A model generated the notes under the pieces. That model saw only the letters and a list, made by a program, of their open reading frames with translations, made no database searches and was not told the origin of the DNA. This document shows, one piece after another, positions 1-12,806 of a DNA stretch of 64,000 nucleotides. This DNA is from Klebsormidium nitens (Eukaryota; Plantae; Klebsormidiophyceae). The stretch is from positions 62,001 through 126,000 of the forward strand of contig DF237027.1 of NCBI GenBank assembly GCA_000708835.1. The letters run 5' to 3'. The position numbers were made by a program, and so were the translations under genes. Each line of letters begins with the position of its first letter. Within the stretch, counting starts at the first letter, position 1.

Positions 1-3000
1 CTGGTCGACCGTGATCATTGAACATCGGCTGCAGCCGCCAATGACCTGACAGAAGGCCGACGAGAAAGATGAGACGGAGGACTAGCATGCAAGTCTTGTT
101 TGCTCGGCATTCTTATCCAGAGCAGAAAGTCAGAGGACCAGCTTGATAGAAGGTCTGTATCTTAAAAGGGCCTCTGATTTTAGCTCTTTCACGCTTTCGC
201 ACGAAGCTCCTGGCAAAGTTCTCCACGGTGGGGCATTTTGAGCACAATCAGGATTCAGCAAAAGCAGAAGACTTCCAGAATCCTTTACTACCGACAAGCC
301 ACTTGCAGCATAGTCAAAAACCACTTCACCTACTCGCTGTAAGAGCAGGTGTCACGTATTGCCGATCGAGTCAGTAAGGTCCGCCGAAATTCAACCTCAA
401 AAGGTGCTCTCACAACGGCAACACAGCCAGCAGTTGCGAAACTCTTCGAGGCTCAGAGTACCATTGCTGTTGATCGGCGCATTCATCAGCGACTTTCTTT
501 TACTGCGGCTGGTCATTGGGCGCGAGCCCCTCACCCCGAATTGCTGACCGGCGATCCGGACCTGCTGCCACGTGTCCTCCTCGAACGGTTCCAGACCCCG
601 GACGACGAGGTTCGGCCGGAACCTCTCCGGCTCCAAAACCTCCAAACCCCGACTACCTTTCTTTTTATCCCCCGACCGTCCGTCCGTTTCTACCATTCGC
701 CGGTTGAGCTCTTCCACGCTCGCCGTGTTCACGAGCAGAAACTGCCCCTCGTTCGCGAACCCTAAACTGCTGTCTAGCTGCTCGTCTGCTGTAGTATTTA
801 CCTTTCTATTCTCGTTTGTCTGCGCTGCAGACGTGTGATGCGGGCTGGCTATTTCGGATTGTTGCTTGAGCTTATGAGGTGTTTGTCTATGTACAGTGCG
901 GGATCTGGGCTGTTGTCTGACTAGGGTACAAGGGATGCCCAAAGCGTCCGAGAACCAGGAGGAAATCTCAGGACCGTACGCATCCGCGCCGGGCCTGCGG
1001 AGAAGAAACCTAACTCATGCAAACAGGAACTTTTTTGAGCAGGATCGGATCTGCCGTCTGACGTCTGGTGTCCCTCTGCTCATAAACTGGTCACTGGAAT
1101 CTAGGGCACGCTTTCTAGCCGCACTGAGGAAAGAAAGACGAGAAGAAAAACAGAAACTGCTACTTGCCTGTCATCTGCCTCTGAACATCATCACACATGT
1201 AGCATCAGAGATCACGGGTTCTTGGAAAGCCCCTGGCTTGGCAACGGAGAAGGAACCAGCGCTTCTATCCTCAGTTTCACTAAGCAGACCACAAAGCAGT
1301 GGCTTCGAACTTCGAGATGTTGGTGGCGAGATACGATTCAGTCTAGCTATATAAGCCACATTCTATCCCCTCAAAAAGATTTTAACCTAGGGAGAAATAG
1401 AATCAAACCCTCATCAATGCAGAAGGCAAGATGGACAGCTTTTGAACGCAGACAAGCTCCCGACGAGCATGAGTCCCTAGAGTATTGCGCCACTGAACGA
1501 ATGGACTCACCGGTCTCCACAAACTTGTACGGTTCCGTCGAGTGTCGCCCTTGGGCGCGAGTGCAGTGGAACAAGTAGCGCATCTTGCATGGCACGTGAC
1601 GTCACACGGAGGTGGCCCGCTTCTAGGTCGATCGAGGCTTGCAGCGTGCATAGAGCGGGTACCTGTGGCGGGGCGTGAGGAAGGCGGGTAAGCAGACAGA
1701 CACCAAATGGCGTGTTTTGGACGTCCGAAATGTTTGCGTAATAGTCCGTAAGTAGTAAAACGACAAGCCCCACGTCGAGGCTTGATGACAAACTCCTTGG
1801 TGGCACCACGCTTGGAAGGTATCCAGATCAATAAGAAGTGAACAGACTGAAGGCTTACAGAAGTACTCACACATATCTGCGTCAGACGCTAACAATTATC
1901 AATGAGGCAGGAACAAGCTTCAGAACATGATAAAACTAAAACGTCGCCTCTTTGCCTAGTGGGGAGGGCGATAAAGCTCTCACCTTCTTCTGCGTCAACC
2001 CGTTTCCTCCGGAGTCGACCAGCAACCACTCTCGATCGTACAGCAGGCCTGCACAAACATGACGTGAGCATGACATAAGCCCGGGCTCCGTTCCCATGGG
2101 CCGCGCTCCAACAAAGGCGAGCTTGTTCCCAAAAACGAGAGCCTTCTGGTGATACAAAGAGACCACCGAGAACTCCACGTGTCAAAGGACTCAATGAAAG
2201 GCGCCTCTCAAAAGACGGCTGTAAACAGTCATATCTGAAGATCATGAACACGGCATGTGAGGGTTGAAAGCTTACCGTTGGGCCCAATGGGCCAAGCGTC
2301 CGGAGCGAAGCCTCCACACGACTTGATCGGGTACAGGAGGATCTTTTCCAGGACCATCGGCTCCCTAGCGCAATCTGCACGGAACTTCTCGGACTTCAGT
2401 GATTCCGCCGGAAAACTTTTCTTCCCTGCAAGACTGGACGCTGTGCTCGCTCTGACACCGCGCTATGCAACTTCTACTTTCATCGCGTAAAAAACAAAGT
2501 GCTGTGCGCGTGGGCAAGAGCGATCTCTGAGGAGCAAGGGAAATGACAAAAACGATGATACAGCCACTTCAAAAAGGAATCCCAAGGCACAGGAGAATGG
2601 TTCAGTCAGGCGCATTCGACTTTAATCTCTGCTTGATCAAACCGCTGCTTGTTCGAACCCGAGAACGGATCTGAGCAGATCCGCCGTCCAAATCCACAGG
2701 AAAAAGTGAGTTTAAGCCATTATTGACTTGGCCAGCCGCAAACAAGTGGTCATACTATAAGCCAGAACAAACCAGGAGTCAAGTCGGGCTCCGTAACGCC
2801 GAAGGGAGCCAACACGGACCTGTATCCTTCGCCCTCGACTCGGCAACACCGTTCCGCTCGCTCAGCGGTTCCGGTTCTGTCACCACAAAGTAGTCGCGAA
2901 CGAAGCGGAGAACGGCGCGGGCGTCTTCAACGGTAGTCATGTAGCCAAAGGAAATGCGGATTGCGCCCGTCGGGCGGCCGTCAATGAGGTCCTGATCGTC

Positions 3001-6000
3001 CCAGCACACGTGCCCAGCCTGCAAAGAAACAGAAGGAACGTCTGGTTTTAGTGTGTCAACGGTTTTGCCTGCAGGTTTAAGTTAGCAATATTTGAGGATG
3101 TGCACGTTTGCGGCGATTGCCTCAGAGAGAAGCCCTGCTTAAAGGTACAGCGGCGACGGAATAGGTCGGAAGTAGAAAGCGGTCTGCAGGTGCCGTCCCT
3201 TTCGTCGTGCAGAACGGGGTGTACATCAAGCGTCAGCGAAGATGTTGAGCAACGTGTTGAGCTAGAGTGGACGGCAATATGCAGTCATCTGGATCATCAT
3301 ATGATTTGAAAGGCCAGCACGAGCAAAGGGATTACCTCGTAGTTGGCTTCCATCTCCGTCGAAGTGAGGCCCAGGTACTTGGCGCAGGCTCCAGGGTTGC
3401 AGAAGCACCCGGTCTGCAGCGCGCAACAAATACGAGTATCAAGAAAGTACTCAGGAAAGTACTTGCTGCTAGAAACCTCTTTTCATGACGACAAGGTATT
3501 TTTCTTGATCGAGGTTTTTGCCGTAACACCGCAGAGATAGCTTCCTTCTCGCTCCCACACAGAAAGAAGGCAACGTACGAAAATAAACAGTCCTCTTCAA
3601 GTACTTGTCGAAGACGACGGGCTCAATTACATCTCCTTTTAGTCACAAGAGACACAACGCTGTGAGAAGATGTTTACACTCGCATTTAACTTTCTAAGGA
3701 CACGTACGCTTCTTAGACTCGACACGGAGCAGAAATGGAGCATAAGTGCTCGGGCGCTCTCTCTTTGTTTGGAACGGACTACTTTGCAACCCAGACTTCC
3801 CGGAACGAGAGAGTTCACTGACGGAGACAACCGCAGCAAAGATGCTTCAAAACTGTCACCTTTTATAGGATACATTGCTCACCCTTAGCTGAATATCCCT
3901 CAACCCCGCCAACTTTTCCACCTCCCTGTAACCAACCCAGCTGCCGTCTGGCCGCACCAGGTTGAAGGCGATGATCGGGCCCTGGTTTTGGCCGTCGTTG
4001 GCAGCATGGTTTCCGTAAAGCACGCACGCTTTGCGTCCGTTACTGTGCCGCAGGCTGAGCAGTTCACGAGCCGTGAACTGCGTCAGGGCGGCCGTGTGCC
4101 TGGAAGGCGGGAGTGGTCAGCAAGACGTGAGCAAGACGTCAGCAGTCGACAAATGAAGCTCACTCTTTATCTATGTCTCTGTGACGACTGCTTGGTTGAG
4201 ACTTGATTGGACACGATCCGAGTGTCTGGTAGAGTGGTTGAAAATGCCAGACAAACGGCGATCGAAAGCGTTGAAGAGCAAGGTAAGAAGATATTTCAGG
4301 CCTTCGCTTGGCTAGGGGCGAGAAGACCGTTTCAGGGAGTCCCAACAGCAGGATACAAGAAACCGATTTCGATGTCAGCAGAGCTAGATACTCAGACACA
4401 CAGACCCAATCTTCTCTGCACACTTGGAAGGAAACTCTGAATCGCAACGTTCCCAGGTACGACTGAGACTTCGATTCAGGGGGTTCGTACATGAACGAAA
4501 CTGCCTGCTTACTTTCTGATATTGTCCATCCCCAGCTTTTTGACAGCGTCAAACCCGTGCCGAAGTGCAGCCACGCCTAAGAACGAGGCTGTGCCATCTT
4601 CCAGCCACTCCTCAAGTCGCTCTCGCCTCCTCATGTAATCCTTGTCAGCAATCGAAACAGCAACAGTACCTGCAGCAAAAGTAGTTCTGGCAGGTTTGCA
4701 GCTGCCCGCTTTGTATTGATAAATCGTGTAAGACTGGGGTCAACTTTGCAGCCTCTCAACTTGAAGGTGACACAGCTCACCACTTATCACACTAGCACCA
4801 CGGACATAAATCTTTCCAGACACAAATGATAATCACGTAAGAACATGTACGGAAGATAAACAAGCAGTCACCATATGAAGTAGAGCCGTAACCACAGCCA
4901 TTGGCAACCAAGCAGAGTCTTATGTATTAGAATCGAGATCCCTGACACGTCCTCCAGAACACTGTATCCCTCAAAACTTATCAGCGCGGCCTAGTAGAGG
5001 TTCGACGAGGAGCTCACCTCCGCTGAAGTACCGCTTCTGCAGGATTTGACCGGCATCTGAGTAGACAAACGAGAGGTTTGGCTTCCTTCCACCAGAAGAA
5101 CTATTTGCTTTGCTTTCATGTAGCAGGATGACCACTTCAGTCGGAGAAGGTGAGCCCTGAGGACATGCCTGACTTTGAGCGAAGAGAGATACATAGTAAA
5201 GCGACTGCAAAGAAGGAAGTGTGCACTAAAATCTCACAAAGTCGTGATTCAGGTGGGGAAACAAGCGCCTGGGGCTCACCGCTTCGAACTAAAAGGGCCC
5301 CTAGCCCTGTCGGGTAGCCAAAAATCTTGTAAAAGGACACAGCCACAAATTCCGGCTGATGGATGGAAAGATCTGGTGGGGCTGTTCCACAAGCCTTGGC
5401 GGCATCTAGAAGCACCTTCCAATGGCCCCTGCCGCAAAAGAAGATGCACACATGAGAGAAGTTCTTCACGAGCAGCTTAGAGCAAGGACTTGTTGGAAGA
5501 GACCATATTGGACAGACACGGATGGTAACGCTCTGGAACTCCTGACCTTGATCATGTCTGGAATGACCAAAGCAGAAGCCATTTTCTAGTCAACTAGGCT
5601 TACAGAACCCTTGAGGGGGCTTCTACAGCATCCTGACATTGCCTGTGTCCAGGGGGAATCTGGACCTGAAAAAACTGAATGATGGCTGATCTTCTCACCT
5701 TTTGCCAGACCATTGCCCCTTCTGGATCTCCTCTACTTGGCTGAGATTGAGCTTGGCACCAGAGAAGTTGCACTCTGCTGGACAGGCAAACAGGTGGAAG
5801 ACCTCATCTTGAGGGGGATGCTCAATGGAACTACCAGGCGGATCATGCTTCAACTGCGGTCTGATCAGTGGCTCCCGTCTCTTTACTGACCATTTCCTGC
5901 CCCCGTCATCTTCTGAATCTCCACCTATGCTCGTCTCAAAGTCTACAGGGCAGACCACAGCTCCTTTCTCAAGCGCGTATTCGCGGATACCCAGGGCGCT

Positions 6001-7043
6001 GTTGTGGTTCTCAACAGTATAACAAAACTCGCTCTCGCTGCTCCAAGGAAAGACTTCGCCTAAGAGCTTGAGGGCGCCTGTTGCCCCTGCCGTGAATATG
6101 CACGTGTACTCTGCTGAGGAGGTGTTGAAGAAGGACAGAACCCTTGATCGAGCAGCTTCAATGATGGTAGATGAGCGGGTGCTTCCGTCAGACTGCGAAT
6201 CTGCGGACGGGGAGTCAGAAAACTGAAGGCCTTAATCGATGCCTTACTTTTCTGGCTCACGGCGCATCACTACTACTCTATTGGCAAGCGTAGAAAATTG
6301 CAGAGGAAATTCCTACAGAAGATGGCGTTTAATGGCACGGCACTTTCAAACAGTGAAAGTCTGCAATCGATGCAAACCCCTGCAATTGATTGCGAACGCA
6401 CTCTCAAAGCAGCTCAAGTTCTCAGACGGTCCTGCGAGCCGACGTAGGCTCTCATGGAGTGGTGCGTGGCTTGGTGAGGGGCTTACGAGGATTCCCAAAC
6501 AGGTGCCCCCCAAGCTCTTCGGTTGTAGCTTGAAGTTGAGACTTTGAGTAAAGTGTGGCGCCGGCATGATCAACATAGACAGCGCCTGCAAAACGTGATG
6601 GCAATTGTATTCAAGCTCCGCCCAAGAGTTGTTGATTGTATCTCCCGGATAGTATCTCCGGAAGAGTAGTGGTATATTAGGGCCATCCCAACATGAAGCC
6701 AGACTCTTGCGTGCTCATGCAGCATTGCAAAAGCTTGGCACCCCTGCTTACCTTGCAATTGGGGAAACTCTGCTGCACGCCAGCTGCTAAAAGCAGCATC
6801 ACTCATTCCATAATTGCACTCCTTGATGGTATGCTGGTCCTCTGCTTCAAGAATCTTCTGATTTCCCCCCACCTTCCTTACACACGCAGGTTGAGCTCGG
6901 CTAGCATGCACCTGGCAATGCTGTGGCGAAAAGAACCTCAGATAAACCACCAATCTGCAGAAGAAGCTGGCCACTAGTGATTGTGCCCCATGCACCCACG
7001 ACATGTTCTTGCAGAGCGCTTCGAGCAAACTTCTGTTTCGCAT
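1..7043 (-). CDS. ABA3: Molybdenum cofactor sulfurase (NifS-like PLP domain plus MOSC domains), multi-exon, 3' end outside the window
   Basis: Exons in transcription order, all GT-AG with consistent phases: ?..6752 (start codon uncertain: ATGs at 7043, 7004 or 6806), 6585-6487, 6200-5699, 5428-5280, 5056-5018, 4669-4513, 4099-3883, 3413-3336, 3018-2820, 2425-2276, 2048-1984, 1662-1511, 994-535, 45-<1. They encode VYVDHAGATLYS, LFGNPHSQS, CIFTAGATGALKL, ENHNSALGIREYA, CPAECNFSG, VLLDAAK, SFYKIFGYPTGLGALLVR, KRYFSGGTV, TGCFCNPGAC, GHVCWDDQD, GAIRISFGY, LYPIKSCGG, DREWLLV, FANEGQFLL, RFRPNLVV and GGCSRC, collinear with plant ABA3 as I recall it. Confidence 0.95.
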
Positions 7044-8222
7044 TTTTTTTCGCAATTGCAGTGTAGGCGAAGCTAGCACTTCCGCTTCAAGATACCTATT
7101 TATTCTTGCAGACTAGGAATCTCTTTGAAATCCGACTCCAGCAGCTTCCTTGATGCCTCCGCACACAAACCTTTCCCCTCTTCGTGCAAATTTCACTTCG
7201 GAAAGTTGTGCAGAAACTGAGAAAGCAGCTGAGCTTTGAACAAGCGCTTTGAACAGCATGCAGCATCACTTTCATGCGCGCCCAGTATTACACGCCCCGG
7301 CGTTTTCAACCCTCGTTGGCGCGTGTAAAATATTCACCAAGCAAGCGCCCGGTCTTCTTTCGACGCCGAAAAATCGTGATAAGCCCGGTAGAACGAAATC
7401 TGGTGAAGAAACATTCACTCACAGGGACAACAATCGTTGAACAGAAGCAGTGCACAACGTACGAAGAGAAGCACAAAAGCGAAATCGAGCATCTTTTTGC
7501 AGGTGGCTGATGAGCCGACATCTTGCAGTGCTGAGTTCGAGGTTTCAGAGGAAAGAGGATGTTCGAAGATTTGAGAAAGGCGGACCCTTAAGTGATCTGC
7601 ATTCTCCCCTGTGTAAGCAGCTGCTGATGCAAAAGAGTCGAGATAAGTAGCAGAACGTAGACTGCAGAGATAAGTTATGGTGACATGCGAGGAAGGAGAC
7701 ATGAATCTTCGGTTGGTAAGAAAGACAAGAGCTCTTAGGACTGTTGTGAAGCTTCAAAAGAAGAGGTGATCACACAAAGGGTGCAGCATGCAACAGGCAA
7801 ACCTGGGGATGCATATGCAATAACGAAAGGGTGGATAGTCTGGTCGTGACTAAGGTAAGTCCTTCCTCGTGATTTTGCAGACAAATATCACTGACTTTGA
7901 AGACGCCTTGAACCTATCAAAATTTGAAGTAGCCTCCTAAGTATGTTGTCCCACACCAGTCTCCATCAATAAAGAACACTAGACCTTCGAACATCATTCC
8001 TGACATTGACAGAACAGCTGCCTTGGGACAGATTTTAGAAAACTGTGGTAAAGCTCTGTGAAGATGTAGCCTGTAGATGGGCCAGTATGAAGGAGGATAG
8101 GCTGAGTACAGTCTTAGAGACTGAAGTGGTTTAGGCTTTCCTTCGGCGGTTGCAGGAAACGATCGGCAAGGCAGGCTCAAGAAGAAGAGATCTTGTCAAA
8201 CCTTGGCAGAAGGCCTCTGGCC

Positions 8223-11200
8223 ATGAAGTGCAACTCTTGCTGGAGAACGCTAGAAGGGCGTGCTGTGGCAACAACATGTGGACACGTCTTCTGTATCCAG
8301 ATATTTGCACTGCTCTCATCGTAGCCCTGTTCGATATCCAAAGAAGAGGTCGAAAGCGACTTGAGGATCCGTTGAAACAGAAGCATGCTTGGTTGCTACT
8401 GTGCCAACTCAACGTTCTCAACCGTTATTCTCGGGACAGCCCTTTGTGAATTCCTTGACGATAAGACGTGCAGGCACGGAGGATGCCAGCAGGATACTCA
8501 ACTCGGATTTGACATGTCCACTTTGCGAGTCAATCTTGTCCAAAAGGTCAGCAACGAACGCCACTTTGATCCAGCTTTAGTGAGTCCTCAGCAGAGCTTG
8601 CATCGAGTGCGCCATCTGGTGCTTGTATCTCAGTCCTTCCTTCACACACCATTGCATTCTCATGATCGTCAAGGCCACCGTGCTGCTCAATGTGCTAATT
8701 GAGTCGCTTCTTCGAAGAACTCTAACGCATCGTCTCTCGCTTTTTGCCCGCAGCAACATGAAGACGGTGGACATGATTCCAGGAGACGAATGGTGCAATG
8801 TAAGTTTCTTACAGACCGTTTGAAGCAGGATCGAACCTGAAAACGTCTTCCGCGAAGCTTTCCACAATCCCTACATTTTTTCCGAGTGACCTCACTTGCA
8901 TTTTCAGCTTTTCCTGGCTTCACGAATGAAATCGAAACTTGTACTGAGCGCCGTTGCTTGTTGCTGCAGATGTCCATGGCCGGAGTCGCGCCCAACATGA
9001 GTATCCACCAAGACGCAAAGCAGCATTTCGCTCTCGTTGGCCGCTTGTCCGCTTCTCTGATGTGATAGGCGTGATTGACAGCCCTTACCCATCGAATCCT
9101 CAAGTCCCTCCTTCAGACGAAGCTTCGTTTTTATCGTCCTTCCGAAACAATCTACCAAAGTGAGGAGCACGGAGTCGAAGTGAAGCAAAGTCACTGGAAA
9201 GACGTCCTTGACAAGCTGCGCAGTCATGAAGAGCGCGTTCAAGGGCGTCGTCTTCTGGATCGGCCAGAAGGACGTGGAGAACCAGGTGACGGTCAACAAG
9301 GCCATGGCGCTCAAACAGAAGTGCGAGGAGATGCAGACCAAGTACATGGAGAAACTAGAGCAGGTCCACGCGGCGTACCAGAAGGCGATGAAGAAGGTGC
9401 AGGTGCTGGAGCACGAGAAGGATCAGCTGACCAAGGACAAGAACGAGCTGCAGGAGAAATACACCGAGAAGTCGAGGTGAAGCGCCGTCGAAACGAAATT
9501 AGTTGGAGGGATTCCTGCGAGCTCTACGCGAGATGCTGCATCTGTTATGGAGCTTCGATTTGACGAGCACGGGCTTTGGGCGCAGCGTCCATCAGCCGAT
9601 GCTGACGAACTTCAAGTTATTTCGCTTGCCTTGGAGATTCTACCTGCTGAAGGTGGCCGTGTCCTGTACGAAAAGGAGACTAGTTGCGAAGTGTTGGAAA
9701 GGGGGTTTGCCGCTGTTGACGCACGAAATTCAGATCGGATCTAGGCATTTTTGGGCTTCGAACGAGACGAACAGAAGGCAGCCCGCAACGAAGGGCATAA
9801 GCTGTCGTCAGAAAGCATTCAACAAAACGTACACGAGTGAAGTACAGCAGGGTCGAATCGGCTTCGTTTGTGAGGAAGTGTGACGTCAGCAAATGTCCCC
9901 TCTCCTCTTAACTTGCAGGCAGAAGCGCAAGCTGGAGGAGATGTACGACGCGCTGCGTAACGAGTACGAGCAGCTGAAGCGCGGCGGGAGCGCGCGCGCG
10001 GAGCAAGCGCTCGCGCCCCTCCAGCCGCGCGACCGCAACGCCATGATGCCGCGTGGAGCGCCGTACAACTTCGGCCCCTCGAACAGCTTCGACGAGCCGG
10101 CCCCCAAGAGCCGGCCCACACAGGGTTACGAGCAGCTCGCGTTTCGCACGGATACGAGTTGAGAAACGTCGAACAGGGGCTCTCAAGTGTTAAAGCTTCT
10201 GTGCCTAAAAAAGTGCGTAGGTTTGCGGTATCTCTGTGAGAGAGGAGAATGCGAGGTCAGAAATCCTGAGGGTGTGCAGATGGTCGAGCTCCGCCATAAT
10301 CAAATCCAGATTGTGGGACCTGAGTACGGGAATGCTTCGCCGAAAGGATGACAGGGCTTTGTTAACATTTCTGAAACGGACGATTCTTTTTACCAACAAG
10401 GACACATAATTCGATTGGATGTGTTCACTTGTCTGTCAGCAACTGACTGTTTCCTCTTGTGCTTCCTAGGATTTCTCGACTTGCCCGCCCGTCGAAATAG
10501 CGCTACGTCCGGTCACAATCAAGGTGAGGAATCGTAAGTCTCTCAGTCCCCCAGCTCCGGCTTCCCGTAGTCCGCTGTTTGTTGAGTCACGGCGGATGTT
10601 CCACGCGAAGAATGATTTTTTGTGGATGACGTCCTGCAAAAAATAATCATCCATCTCCGGGTTGCTCGAATCCACGAGTTCTTTGCGAAAGTAGAATTGC
10701 AGTTACTTTTCCTCGTTCAAGAGCCTGGATCTTCTCCGTCTGCCACCCTGCCTATCAAACTGAGTTGAATGAGACTTCTCTCTCGCTTGCTCAGGTTTCT
10801 TCGACGTGCCCAGTCTTCCGCCCGCTCGTCGAGCCAGCCCCGGGCCTGGCGCCGGTCTAGGTGCAGGCAAGTAGTATCCATTGCACTTTCAGATACAGCA
10901 AGCTCGAAGATACTCAGTACTTGGGGCACGGGTATGGTTTCTGTGTGGGTTAGGGTGGAAACGGTGCGCGGACCGCATCGGTTTGTCTGAGGGCTTTACT
11001 TTGGTGCGTCCTCCCGGTTCAATTGTTTCTTTATTCGACCTGGCTCATGTCAACCTGAAATTGATACAATGTCTGAACAGGCATGCCTGGCTTAAACCGC
11101 GGCCCCCGGTCACTGTCTCCACTTCGAGGAGGCGATCCGAACGGCTCACTGTTCACTCCGGCCGCCGGAAACCCGTCCAACAACCTGCGGAACCTGCTGC

Positions 11201-11473
11201 TGTCCCCGATGACCCGGCGCCCGACTTCGAGGCTCCGGACTGGGGGTCTGAGGTAAGATGATTGAACTGAAGTCTCGTCCAGCTTGCGGTGAATCCTTAA
11301 TTACTCATTGAGAAAATACCGGATCTCAACGATGGATGTACTCATCAGACTTTATACTCCATGAACGAGGTTGTAAGAGAAGGTTCGGATCTGGTTCCGA
11401 TCTTGCACGGTCTTCAAAGAGCTCGTATATCTTCTGCAGGTCAACAACGTTTGATCCCGTCAATACGATGTAA
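8223..11473 (+). CDS. HEI10: HEI10/CCNB1IP1 RING-finger E3 ligase (meiotic class I crossover factor)
   Basis: Exons 8223-8292, 8474-8546, 8754-8799, 8970-9000, 9224-9476, 9919-10124, 10470-10523, 10795-10860, 11081-11252 and a tentative last exon 11440-11473. Protein: MKCNSCWRTLEGRAVATTCGHVFCTEDASRILNSDLTCPLCESILSK...MKSAFKGVVFWIGQKD...KYMEKLEQVHAAYQK...EKSRQKRKLEEMYDALRNEYE, with a C-terminal NPSNNLRNLLLSP motif. It matches plant HEI10 as I recall it (MRCNACWR..., ...TLRNLILSPIKR). Confidence 0.93.
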
Positions 11474-12806
11474 AGAAGCCTTAAAGCTAGCTTGTGGATT
11501 TGAAGAGGATACTTCAGAATTCGGTTCTTAAGATGACCCGTCGACACTCAATTAGATACTCAATCTCTTGTCCAGAGGAGGTTTATAAGCTCTTGTACTT
11601 GTGGCGCCTTGTAAGTTCAGGTGGTGTTTCTTGTAGCAGGATCGTCCATTCAGGCTGCGGTTCTCATACCGTCGAAGCTCCCAAACCTCCTCGAATATTC
11701 TGTAGGTCCTAGTCTAAGTGGAGGTCCTCAAATTATGGTAAATGATGATATCGCCTGTATTCGCGGCCTGGGCTCATGAACTAGCGCGTGTGTGATAGCT
11801 CGATCTGACCATGCAAAGGAGTATGCTCGACGATCGACTTAGTTGCTCTAGCTTGATCTTCTAGCAAACAGAAATGGAAGGTCGTCTAGCACGTTCTTTG
11901 TGCACGTGTACGGGACATGATTCGGCCTAATGGACCAGATCGTATCATTTAGCGAGACGTCAGGGATACGTACTTTGTGCATTTAGTAGGATGTACAGCG
12001 GGCGATCGGATTCACGGGTTATATTGTGGCACAGCAAAGTAGGTTATATCAGTGCGCGATGAATTACTTTGCTGTGGTATATATCTCTGGCCGAGAATCT
12101 GCACACTTCCCGCAGCTATACTGGCTATAACAGATCGGCCTACAAGCCGGCCTCGCGGTCTGATATGACTGATCGACATGCAGGCTAGCTTCTGGAAAAG
12201 CTATCCGGGCAGTCACTGCATCAGGAATTCGGCCTTCTCCTATTGTTTGCAGTCGGGCATGCATAAAATACAAATGCTCTGTTCTTCCATGCCATATTCG
12301 GCGGACGGTCTAGTAGCTCGTGGGTACGAAAACAATCAGTCATGCAAAGTGATATCTTTCTATTGAGATATGATTCCTTTGTTTGCAAAAGCACTAGACA
12401 TCGTCAGAGGTCGCTCAGGCTTGCTCAAACCTGATGTCATCTGATGGGAAGCTTGCACGGCTTAGAGAGGCCGCAAAATTCAGTCTCAGAACTACATGGG
12501 TTTTGCATTTAATGAAGCACAAGTTCGATTGATCTGCTTCTAGAAATCTTAGCTAACTAAGTGCCACTGAATTGCCGCAAAGAGAATGCGGTGACATCCA
12601 AGAATCCTTCTGTAGCATCAGTATCAAACACAATCCTATGATTCTAAACAAGGCACAGATTAATCCGGCGCGCTGCCAGGATCGAGCGCGCAAGCAAAAA
12701 CACAGTTTCCAATCCCGTATCAACGGGTACCTGAGAGGACAGCCTATCTAGGAACAAACACGCTCCGCACTGCAAGTATCATGACGTCAATCTTCCTCGG
12801 AAAAGA

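Noticed and set aside
349-765. Plus-strand ORFs overlapping ABA3, and antisense ORFs over other GC-rich exons (e.g. 9075-9563, 42214-42900, 63130-63396)
   Set aside because: Shadow or alternative frames of real coding exons.
11326-11712. Possible minus-strand coding remnant downstream of HEI10
   Set aside because: Short frames with stops, no recognisable domain and no consistent splice model.
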